From: Clostridium sp. 28_12
GTDB lineage: Bacteria; Bacillota; Clostridia; TANB77; CAG-508
Direction: 5' to 3'
DNA: 59,827 nucleotides
NCBI GenBank assembly: GCA_001916055.1
Contig: MNRR01000035.1
Coordinates: 17,302-77,128, forward strand
Below, one piece after another: positions 7,648 through 16,073 of the stretch (position 1 is the stretch's first letter; the number at the start of each line of letters is the position of its first letter). Both the position numbers and the translations under genes were made by a program. Under the pieces are notes generated by a model. That model was not told where the DNA came from and made no database searches. It saw only the letters and a list, made by a program, of their open reading frames with translations.

Positions 7648-10600
7648 TTATTTTAACTGTAGTCTTGCTATAGCTGCCAATTCAACTAAATCTAACTTTC
7701 CATTCATATTGATGTCTATTGCTGATTTTTCTAAATCTGTTGATGTAGACTGCTCTGCAAATATCTTAGATATTCTTGCTAATTCGGTAAGTGATATCTT
7801 TCCGTTTCCAGTCAAGTCTCCCCAAACAATTACAGTATAGACTTTATCGTTTTTCATCTTTACTTGGCAACCTGTTCCTATGTATGAACTATCTGAAAGC
7901 TCTGTCCCACTTTTATTTAAGATTGTATATTCCATTTCTGAATTTATACTCTTTTTAAAGTTTAAAACTGTTGTTTTTGGATAAACCTTTTTTATATTAA
8001 GGTCTGTTTCAGAAATTTTTAATGTATTTGATGTTAATACATCAGATATTCTTTTAATCTGAACTTTAACATTTATTGTCGTAACATTTCCTGCTTCATC
8101 TTCCAGTTTTACATCTTCTGTTGTATCTTGTGAATAAACCTTGGTTAAAGTCATTGAGCCATTTGTAAGTTGTTGTGAAGTCCATCCTTCAACATCTGCG
8201 ACTTTTTCATTTACTGTTATTGTAACTTCAACTTGTTCGTTTTTCTGAACTTGAGACACTTGTGCCACTGGTGCTTTTTTATCAATATTTTGAACAATTG
8301 CTGTTGCAGAACCTTCAACTCTGTATTGGTCAACATATGTAAATGTAAATTCTCCATTTTGCTCAAATGTGTATGTATCTTTTCCGTCATTGTTTGTAAT
8401 TTTTATTTCTCTTCTACTTTGATTAAATGATATTCTAGCAATAACATTTTGATTTGTTTTTTCAGTGTTTGATGGCTCATATGTAATTATAGCATTTAAT
8501 GGTGCTGATATAGTTAACACTGTTCCTTTTGCTTTTCCACTAACTATTTCTACTTGAGCAACCTCTCCATTTAGCTTATCTGCGTCTACAATAACATTTT
8601 GTCCTGTTGAATCTAATTCACAATTTGTTAATGATAATTCATTGCTTGAATATATCTTATTTCCACTTTGTTGTGATGCCAAAAATATTTGTGGTAACAC
8701 TATATTAACTTTTCCTGATGATGATTTATCTAATAGTCTTACAATCTTTTGTCCATTAACTGAAAGATTTTGCTCATTAGACATTGAAATTCTTGAAAGT
8801 ACTGATACGTCTTCAATTTGATTGTTGTCCATCTTCAGATTATTTATTGTACGATGTGAAGACAATGCAGATATATTTTTTATGTTATTTCCTGTAAATT
8901 CCAACTCGTAGAATGTTTTGCCTTTCAATGGTTCTAAACTTTCAATCTTATTATTATTAAAATAGAAATATTTTAATAACTTTAAATTTGAAACAATATC
9001 TATATTTTTAATTTGATTTCCGTTTATGTTTAATGTTGTTAAATTGGTTAATACATTTAATTTAGATGTCTTATTATCATCCAAATTAGTATTTGATAAT
9101 CCTAGACTTTGTAATGTTGTTATTTTTTCAATACCTTCTATATTATTTAATTTTGGATTATCTGATATATCTAAAACAACCAATTCACAATATCCTGTTT
9201 CATATAATTCATTTAAGAAATCAATATTAGTTAAGCCTGTATTAGATAAATTTAATGTTTCTAAATTTCTTAAATTTACAATTGATTTATTGTTATTATT
9301 AATATTAGAGTTACTAGCTAAATTTAATATCCTTAAACTTTCACATGCATAAAATTGTTCAATTGTGCTTACATCATTATTTTGCAAATATAATGTTTGC
9401 AAGTTTCCAAAGTTCTCCAATCCTGTTAAATCTTTTATCTTTGTATCACTTGAAGAATCTGTATGTTGTAAATTTAATTCATCGATTGAAGAAATTGCAT
9501 CCCTATCAACATTGATTATCAATGGAACAGTTATGTGATATTTTAAGTTTCGTTCTGCTACCTTCGCTGTCACTACTCCTTCTATTTTCGAATACAATTG
9601 TGAATCTTTAAAGTATACAGATTCAATATAACAATTAGTGTCCCCATATTCTCCTATTTTAAAATGCAATGTACTACCATCTGTAATTCCGCCTCTTATT
9701 GTTACAGTCAAATCATCTTCCCTAGTTTTTTCATGATTAACGATTACATTATATTCCTCTGGTTCAGTATAATCTGTATTTTTTCTAACTCCATCAGAAT
9801 ATTCAAACTCTGTACCTGAAAAATATGCAAATTTACTTGAATCCATACTATATCTAAATATTGTTGGCATTATGATATAATGATCAATATCTATGCTTTT
9901 ATCATATAAACCAAATGTAATATTTTCATTTTCTAGAAATAATTCTTTTCCATTATTATTGCTACTAGAAAATCCGTATTTACTTAATGGTTCTATGTCA
10001 TAAATTGAATTATTTGATAAATCTAACCAATATAAATCTCCAGGATATTCACTAAATACACTAATATCTACAATTTTATTTCCATTCAAGTCGATTTTTC
10101 CTGCTCTTAATGAATTTTCCACATCAATTTCGTTTCCGTTTTTATTAACTAAATATTCGATATCAGAAATATTATTATCTTTTAAATCAAGTACATCTAA
10201 TCCCGTTAAATCAGCTACTCCATATATACTATTTATTTCATTTGATGCTAAGTGCAATTCTTTTAGAGATTTTAATTCTTTAAAAGAATAAAAGCTTATA
10301 TTGGGTCTATTTCCTAATGTTCCTATACTGCTTAAATTCAAAAATTTCAAATTACTTAAATATGGTATATTCTCATATCCATTATCTGTATATTCTGAAT
10401 GTGTTTCAAATATTGCATCTATTCCACTAGAACTTACAATTCCTTTATTGTCTGAGGCATATAATTTTTCTAATTTTGATAATCTTCCAATTCCTGTTCC
10501 TTCTTCTGATCCTGAAAAGGTTGTAATTCCTGTCCCTGAAACATTTAATTCAGTAAGATTTGTAAAAGAAACTAGTTGTAAAAAATCTGTAAAACTTGTA

Positions 10601-11202
10601 TTAACAGAAATGTCTAATTTAGTAATTCCATTTAAATTACTAATCTTTTCTATTGCACTAATATTATTACCTGCTAATATAAGTGTTTTTAAATTTGTAA
10701 GAGTCTTTAAATATTCTAATTGGTCTGAATTCATTTTTGTATTTGTCATATCTAATTGAGTCAAACTTGACAAATTAGATATCGCAGATAATAAATTAGT
10801 ATTTATTTGATTTTCTGCTACATTTAATGAAGTGATTTTGCTTAATTGATCCAAAGAATCTGCAGATGTTACCGAATTTTTAGATAAATTCAATGTTGAT
10901 ATATCCTGAAAATTCTCTAATCCTGATAAATCTGCAATTGCTGATGATGATAAATCTAATTCTGTAATTTTCGAAATGTCATTTTTTGAAATTTCAATAG
11001 TTTTTTCTACATCATTTGCATTATAATTTAGTTTTTTGGCACTCAATTGTTTTTTCATAGAATCATATAAATTAGAATCTTTGAAAGTAATGCTAGTAGG
11101 GTTAACGATGTTGTTTGTACCATAAATTACTACTGAAAAACTAACTAAGATAATAATAGCTATTGCTATAAAAAATACTTTTTTTCCTTTTGTTTTTCTC
11201 AT
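7648..11202 (-). CDS. large secreted leucine-rich-repeat (internalin-like) protein with Ig-like region and C-terminal type I dockerin
   Basis: Two blocks of about 22-aa LRRs (LxxLxLxxNxIxDIxxL). C-terminus GDLTGNGKISLTELARISKI...IDINMNGKLDLVELAAIARL matches the duplicated dockerin Ca-binding repeat. Confidence 0.8.
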   Translation of the reverse strand: MRKTKGKKVFFIAIAIIILVSFSVVIYGTNNIVNPTSITFKDSNLYDSMKKQLSAKKLNYNANDVEKTIEISKNDISKITELDLSSSAIADLSGLENFQDISTLNLSKNSVTSADSLDQLSKITSLNVAENQINTNLLSAISNLSSLTQLDMTNTKMNSDQLEYLKTLTNLKTLILAGNNISAIEKISNLNGITKLDISVNTSFTDFLQLVSFTNLTELNVSGTGITTFSGSEEGTGIGRLSKLEKLYASDNKGIVSSSGIDAIFETHSEYTDNGYENIPYLSNLKFLNLSSIGTLGNRPNISFYSFKELKSLKELHLASNEINSIYGVADLTGLDVLDLKDNNISDIEYLVNKNGNEIDVENSLRAGKIDLNGNKIVDISVFSEYPGDLYWLDLSNNSIYDIEPLSKYGFSSSNNNGKELFLENENITFGLYDKSIDIDHYIIMPTIFRYSMDSSKFAYFSGTEFEYSDGVRKNTDYTEPEEYNVIVNHEKTREDDLTVTIRGGITDGSTLHFKIGEYGDTNCYIESVYFKDSQLYSKIEGVVTAKVAERNLKYHITVPLIINVDRDAISSIDELNLQHTDSSSDTKIKDLTGLENFGNLQTLYLQNNDVSTIEQFYACESLRILNLASNSNINNNNKSIVNLRNLETLNLSNTGLTNIDFLNELYETGYCELVVLDISDNPKLNNIEGIEKITTLQSLGLSNTNLDDNKTSKLNVLTNLTTLNINGNQIKNIDIVSNLKLLKYFYFNNNKIESLEPLKGKTFYELEFTGNNIKNISALSSHRTINNLKMDNNQIEDVSVLSRISMSNEQNLSVNGQKIVRLLDKSSSGKVNIVLPQIFLASQQSGNKIYSSNELSLTNCELDSTGQNVIVDADKLNGEVAQVEIVSGKAKGTVLTISAPLNAIITYEPSNTEKTNQNVIARISFNQSRREIKITNNDGKDTYTFEQNGEFTFTYVDQYRVEGSATAIVQNIDKKAPVAQVSQVQKNEQVEVTITVNEKVADVEGWTSQQLTNGSMTLTKVYSQDTTEDVKLEDEAGNVTTINVKVQIKRISDVLTSNTLKISETDLNIKKVYPKTTVLNFKKSINSEMEYTILNKSGTELSDSSYIGTGCQVKMKNDKVYTVIVWGDLTGNGKISLTELARISKIFAEQSTSTDLEKSAIDINMNGKLDLVELAAIARLQLK

Positions 11203-11278
11203 TTTCTTATCCCCCTGTATACTACTATTTTAATTATATATAAACTTAATTTTTTTGTCAATAAAAATCGAAAAAAAA

Positions 11279-11346
11279 TTGCACGGAAAAAAAGCGGAAT
11301 AATCCGTGCAATTTTGCACCGAAAAAAAGCGATCTCAGGTGTGCAA
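11279..11346 (+). repeat. 2 units of the intergenic repeat family
   Basis: ttgcacggaaaaaaagcggaataatccgtgcaa (perfect 9-bp terminal inverted repeat) followed by ttttgcaccgaaaaaaagcgatctcaggtgtgcaa. The second unit overlaps the last 4 codons of spoIVB. Confidence 0.9.
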
Positions 11347-12393
11347 TTCGCTTATCATTCTATCTGCAAAAACAGCATAACCAAGTGTTGGATCTTTTAC
11401 AAATACATGGGTTATAGCGCCAATAAATTTGCCGTTTTGAATAATTGGTGAACCACTCATTCCTTGGACTATTCCTCCTGTTTTATTTATTAGATTTTCA
11501 TCTTTAATTTTTATAACCATACTTTTATTGTCATAATTATTATTCAAATATATTCTTTGTATTTCTACACTATATTCTTTAAGTTTTCCATCAATGTTTG
11601 ATAATATTATTGCATCTCCTAAATTTATTTCTTGCCTTGGAGCAACATATATTTTTTTGTTATAATCAATGTTTATATTATCTGGATTTTTTATAACTCC
11701 ATACACGCCATAGGCTGTATTTTTGTATATATTTCCTATTACACTATTTTGATTTATTGCCCCTTGAATTTTTCCTGGTTCTTCTTCTTTTCCTTTGATA
11801 ACAGATACAATGCTAACATTATCTATTTCTCCTGATGATGTTTGTAAAATTTCGCCTGTGTCTATATCTGTTATTGCATGTCCTAATGCTGCAAATGTTT
11901 TTAATTGTTCGCAGTAAAATGTTAATGTCCCTACACCTGCTGCACTGTCTCTTACCCATAAGCCAATTTTGTATTTTCCTTGTTTATCTTTAACTGGTTT
12001 TATTGTACAATTCTTTTCGTCATTTTCTCTTTGATATTTAATATTTACAGATTCACCTTCATATAAATTTATTGCATCTATTAATTCTTCTGTATTATTT
12101 ACTATAATATCATTTACTGAGATTATAGAATCTCCTTCTTGAATGCCTGTATTTTCATACGGTTTGTACTTTTGACCATCTATTCCTTCTATTTCAGAAG
12201 TCCCAACAACTAAAACTCCACTTGTATATAGCTTTATTCCTATAACTTCTCCTACTGGTATAACCTGAATGTCTGATATTTTTATTTCTTCACCTTTTAC
12301 TGCAATCGTTTCAGGATAATAACCTCTTGTAAGTACAAACATATATAAAAAAATTAATACAAATAAAATAAATATTTTTTTGAGTGTTTTCAT
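11335..12393 (-). CDS. spoIVB: SpoIVB peptidase (S55), stage IV sporulation signalling protease
   Basis: N-terminal TM, PDZ-like region, and catalytic-domain motif GGIVQGMSGSPIIQNGKFIGAITHVF. Confidence 0.9.
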   Translation of the reverse strand: MKTLKKIFILFVLIFLYMFVLTRGYYPETIAVKGEEIKISDIQVIPVGEVIGIKLYTSGVLVVGTSEIEGIDGQKYKPYENTGIQEGDSIISVNDIIVNNTEELIDAINLYEGESVNIKYQRENDEKNCTIKPVKDKQGKYKIGLWVRDSAAGVGTLTFYCEQLKTFAALGHAITDIDTGEILQTSSGEIDNVSIVSVIKGKEEEPGKIQGAINQNSVIGNIYKNTAYGVYGVIKNPDNINIDYNKKIYVAPRQEINLGDAIILSNIDGKLKEYSVEIQRIYLNNNYDNKSMVIKIKDENLINKTGGIVQGMSGSPIIQNGKFIGAITHVFVKDPTLGYAVFADRMISELHT

Positions 12394-12529
12394 TTTATTT
12401 TCACTCCTTTAAATTTATTATTAGTACTAATTTCTTTTTTATTCAAATTCTTTTTTGTAAGTTATGGCGTTATAAAAAAGCACAAAAAACAACTATTTTC
12501 AAAATTTTTCAAAATTTAAAATAGTCGTT

Positions 12530-13090
12530 TTATGTTGTTCCTGTTGCTCCATTTATTGATACAGTCCCTGATGATGCAGCTGATATGATACTTGAGTCAT
12601 CTCCTGCTATATTATAATATATATTTCTTAAAGCTTGTGATAATGTTCTACTATTATTTCTTACTGTAACTGATATTTGGTCTCCCTGCTTTAATATGAT
12701 TTTTCCAACCCTATTATTATTAGAACTTTTAGCTGAGTTTCGAATTTTTTCTTCAACTTGGCTTGTATATAATGAATAATATGTGTTATTTCCTATCTTT
12801 TGAGGATCATTATCAGTTATCATTTTTGATGGAGTTGCATCTAATATTTTGACTTCAATATCTACATCATAAGTATTACCAGCTGAAAACAATGTTGATG
12901 TAAATTCTTGATAAGTATCTGATGCTATTTGACCTGATTTTATCACTTCATTTACAAATTCTGAAGTAGCAGTTTGTGCTACTAATTGTGAAACATCATC
13001 TGCTCTATCTGCTAGTAAAAATAATGGAACTATAAACATTAATATTGAACCGATTAGTATTCCTACTACGTCCATTGCTGTATCTTCCAT
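12530..13090 (-). CDS. pilin/pseudopilin-like protein 5 of the Tad-like operon (divergent N-terminus MEDTAMDVVGILIGSILMFIVPL)
   Basis: 186 aa, AGGAG RBS, N-terminal hydrophobic helix followed by a soluble domain. Last gene of the operon. Confidence 0.5.
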   Translation of the reverse strand: MEDTAMDVVGILIGSILMFIVPLFLLADRADDVSQLVAQTATSEFVNEVIKSGQIASDTYQEFTSTLFSAGNTYDVDIEVKILDATPSKMITDNDPQKIGNNTYYSLYTSQVEEKIRNSAKSSNNNRVGKIILKQGDQISVTVRNNSRTLSQALRNIYYNIAGDDSSIISAASSGTVSINGATGTT

Positions 13091-13102
13091 ATTGTTACTC
13101 CT

Positions 13103-13774
13103 TTATTTCATTTGATATGTTATTACTCTTTTCTTTATTTTTGTTGAATCACTTCCTTGGTAATATTCACCTAAGTTTTCAACAAAAGTCTTATCTTTTA
13201 AATAGTCATAAAGCCCATTTGGATAAACAGATTCCATAAGTTGATTTCCATATTTTGTATCACTTAGCATATCTAGCATTTGAGTATCTCCTGAATATTG
13301 TCTTTTCCAGTTATTTTTTCCTGCTAAAATCATACTTAAATGATCAGCAGCGACTTGTTTTGCTGATTTACCTTTGTCATTACCTATTTGTTCTTTTTCA
13401 AGATTTATATAGTTTATGGTTACAGCTCTTGTTGAACTATTATCAACAGTATTTCCTTCTGAATCTACTCTTTTTCCATATTGATTAGTTTTATAATACA
13501 ATGGTAATGGATTTCCATTTTTGTCTTTAAAATAAATTTCCGTATTTTCTTCATATGCTTGATACATTGCTGGTATTATTGATTCTATACCAACTGTTCT
13601 TGTAAAATCACTTGCAGGTTTTACATATCGATATTCTCTTTCTCTAGAATACATACTTGCTATATTTAATGCAGAAGAATTTGCGCTAGACAAACAAGAT
13701 ATACTTAAGGATAGCGCCAATATGAACATTAATACTGCTCCTGCAATTTTTAAAGCTTCTACCGCGTTTTCCAT
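13103..13774 (-). CDS. pilin-like protein 4 (N-terminus MENAVEALKIAGAVLMFILALSL)
   Basis: 223 aa, AAGGAG RBS. Shares the MENxxxAL plus hydrophobic helix N-terminus with its neighbours. Confidence 0.55.
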   Translation of the reverse strand: MENAVEALKIAGAVLMFILALSLSISCLSSANSSALNIASMYSREREYRYVKPASDFTRTVGIESIIPAMYQAYEENTEIYFKDKNGNPLPLYYKTNQYGKRVDSEGNTVDNSSTRAVTINYINLEKEQIGNDKGKSAKQVAADHLSMILAGKNNWKRQYSGDTQMLDMLSDTKYGNQLMESVYPNGLYDYLKDKTFVENLGEYYQGSDSTKIKKRVITYQMK

Positions 13775-13797
13775 AAGTATATCTCCTTTCTCATTTA

Positions 13798-14211
13798 TTA
13801 GTTACTTGTTTTAATAACTTTAATTGTTTTTACAAGTCCACCTGGACCATCATAATTTACTTGTATTGTGTATAATGCACTTGTATCAGCTTGGCTTTTG
13901 ATACTTGTTGCATTTCCTGCTAAAGTAACAGCTCCTGAAACAGCTACTTGTCTACCAGTCTCACCAGCAGCAGCAGCATCTACATTTGCATTTAATACTG
14001 TATTTAGCATTGCATTAACTTCTGAACCTCTTTTATTAGTTCCATTATATCTAGCAAATTTTTCATTTGCAGCTTGAACTTCTTGTTGTGATAAGTTAGC
14101 TTGGTTAACTGTTTCAGCAGATGAATTGTAAACAACTAATCCTAAAGATATAATTAAGATAGCTATTAAAACTGCTGCAGCAATTAACAATGCTTTTGTT
14201 GCGTTCTCCAT
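13798..14211 (-). CDS. pilin-like protein 3, candidate major subunit (N-terminus MENATKALLIAAAVLIAILIISL)
   Basis: 137 aa, the smallest paralog. Strong GGGGGGAG RBS and preceded by the longest intergenic gap (71 nt) in the operon. Confidence 0.55.
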   Translation of the reverse strand: MENATKALLIAAAVLIAILIISLGLVVYNSSAETVNQANLSQQEVQAANEKFARYNGTNKRGSEVNAMLNTVLNANVDAAAAGETGRQVAVSGAVTLAGNATSIKSQADTSALYTIQVNYDGPGGLVKTIKVIKTSN

Positions 14212-14282
14212 AGTTTCTCCCCCCTTTTTGTTAACTTTTGTTTATTTTAATCTCGACAATATGTATTGCATGCCGAACTTTA

Positions 14283-14717
14283 TTAACTATTTTTCTCTTG
14301 TTCGAAAAGCATATATTTTATTTTACCATTTTTATGGTATTCTACTTTTGAACACTTAAAGTTGATATTCGCATAGTATTGAACAAATTGTTCTGTACCA
14401 GCATTATAAAATGATTCCATTTTATATGTTGTTTCATTATCTGTCATATATACTTCTATTTCGATAGAAGTATTGTCATTTGCTATGAAATTTCCTTGAT
14501 CATCTTTTTCAACTTTGTTTTTTGTATTTCTATCTATTGCCTTATTTATTAATGAAGCCACATCAATACCATTTACATCTTGGTCTTTGTATTTATCAAA
14601 TTCAAGATTTTCTTTTTGAATCTGATTTTGCTCATTTTTATAAGAAATAAATTTGTATCCAACTAGCGCTACAATAATAACTACAAGAGCTAAAAATATA
14701 AATATTTTTTTCATCAT
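14283..14717 (-). CDS. small N-terminally membrane-anchored protein of the Tad-like operon
   Basis: 144 aa, MMKKIFIFLALVVIIVALVGYKF followed by a soluble domain. Lacks the MEN motif. Confidence 0.5.
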   Translation of the reverse strand: MMKKIFIFLALVVIIVALVGYKFISYKNEQNQIQKENLEFDKYKDQDVNGIDVASLINKAIDRNTKNKVEKDDQGNFIANDNTSIEIEVYMTDNETTYKMESFYNAGTEQFVQYYANINFKCSKVEYHKNGKIKYMLFEQEKNS

Positions 14718-14762
14718 TTAACCTCATTATATCATTTGATTTTTTATTTTGCAACATTTTTT

Positions 14763-15230
14763 TTAATGTATTTCTGTAAAATTTATGCTGTAAACTTGAC
14801 CAGTAGAATCTCCTATTAAAACATCACTTGCTTTACAAGAAAACTTTGTATCTTTATTTCTTTCAAGTAAGCTTACCATGTTTTCATTAATTGTTTGGTC
14901 AATACGTCTTCCATTTAAAAGAACTTGAACATATAAAGTACTAGGTCCTGCTTTCCACTGACTTGTATCAGGATTTTTGTTGTAATTATTTTCGTATGCA
15001 CTACTAGCTGCAGAAATAACGTCTTGAATTGTTAACACTTTTCCATCATTAGAATTTACATAGTTAAGATACTCTGTGTTAAAACTATCAACTTGTGTAT
15101 ATTGTATTTGTTTATTTGTATCTTCTACATAGCTTTGTAAACTTGAATATAAAACAGCGGCTAGTGATAAAACCATTACTGCCATCAATACCCCAGCAGC
15201 TATATATAACGCTTTAACTGCATTTTCCAT
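14763..15230 (-). CDS. pilin-like protein 2 (N-terminus MENAVKALYIAAGVLMAVMVLSL)
   Basis: 155 aa, AAAGGA RBS, shared N-terminal motif. Confidence 0.55.
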   Translation of the reverse strand: MENAVKALYIAAGVLMAVMVLSLAAVLYSSLQSYVEDTNKQIQYTQVDSFNTEYLNYVNSNDGKVLTIQDVISAASSAYENNYNKNPDTSQWKAGPSTLYVQVLLNGRRIDQTINENMVSLLERNKDTKFSCKASDVLIGDSTGQVYSINFTEIH

Positions 15231-15247
15231 ATATGTTTTCCTTTCGT

Positions 15248-16060
15248 TTAATCAAATTTTGCCTTTCCATTTTCTTCTACAATTACAAATGTCATTCCAA
15301 TAACTCTTCCATTTTGGGAAGTGTTATGTTGTACTCCTGTACATTTAAACATTGCTCTTTTAAATTGTGTATATTGATAATATCTTTTTGTTATATTTAC
15401 CAATGTATTCATCTGTGAAACAGATAAATCATTTGCCTTTTTCTTTCCTAAAATATTTTGTAATTTTTCAGTTCTAGTCGTTTTCAAACTTTCTTTCTCT
15501 TGTGTAGATATTCTATTAGACGATAATTGTGAGTCAATTGCAATATTTTGAATATCTGCAGACAATGCTTGTAATTGAGCATCAGATATATTTGATATTC
15601 CAGCACTAGCTAACTCATTAATTAGGTCTGCTGAAATATTTGCTACATCTCGAATGTTTACATCACTCGTAGCAGTATTTTTTAAAATATTGGCTGACAT
15701 TTTTCCTTGAAAGATGCTGGTATCAGAATCACTATATTTAAAGTTGTCATTAGCTCTATTCTGATACCCTTTTAGATCAATAGATAATATTACTTTATCA
15801 TACTTTTCCATATCTGCTATTGAAGTATTATAATTTACAACTTTATTCATAATAGAAATTATTTCATTTCCTCTTATTGTTTGTCCATTATAATTTTCAA
15901 ATTGTGCATTAAATTTTGCATCTTGTTCTATAATTTTTGAATTATGCTGTTCTGCATAATAACCAGATAATTGTCCACCAAACATTGCCAATAGGGATAG
16001 TATCAATACTGCAAATAATATTCCTGCTGCAATAAGTAATGCTTTTGTTACATTTTCCAT
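15248..16060 (-). CDS. pilin-like protein 1 (N-terminus MENVTKALLIAAGILFAVLILSL)
   Basis: 270 aa, GGAGG RBS, shared N-terminal motif. Also shares the post-helix motif FNAQFENYNGQTIRGNEIISIMNKV. Confidence 0.55.
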   Translation of the reverse strand: MENVTKALLIAAGILFAVLILSLLAMFGGQLSGYYAEQHNSKIIEQDAKFNAQFENYNGQTIRGNEIISIMNKVVNYNTSIADMEKYDKVILSIDLKGYQNRANDNFKYSDSDTSIFQGKMSANILKNTATSDVNIRDVANISADLINELASAGISNISDAQLQALSADIQNIAIDSQLSSNRISTQEKESLKTTRTEKLQNILGKKKANDLSVSQMNTLVNITKRYYQYTQFKRAMFKCTGVQHNTSQNGRVIGMTFVIVEENGKAKFD

Positions 16061-16073
16061 TTAAACCTCCATA

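Noticed and set aside
12394-12529. Sigma-F/G promoter for spoIVB and a terminator for the Tad-like operon
   Set aside because: Only a weak 8-bp A/T stem (actatttt/aaaatagt) and the direct repeat TTTTCAAAATTTTTCAAAATTT are visible. No convincing -35/-10 match could be made by eye.
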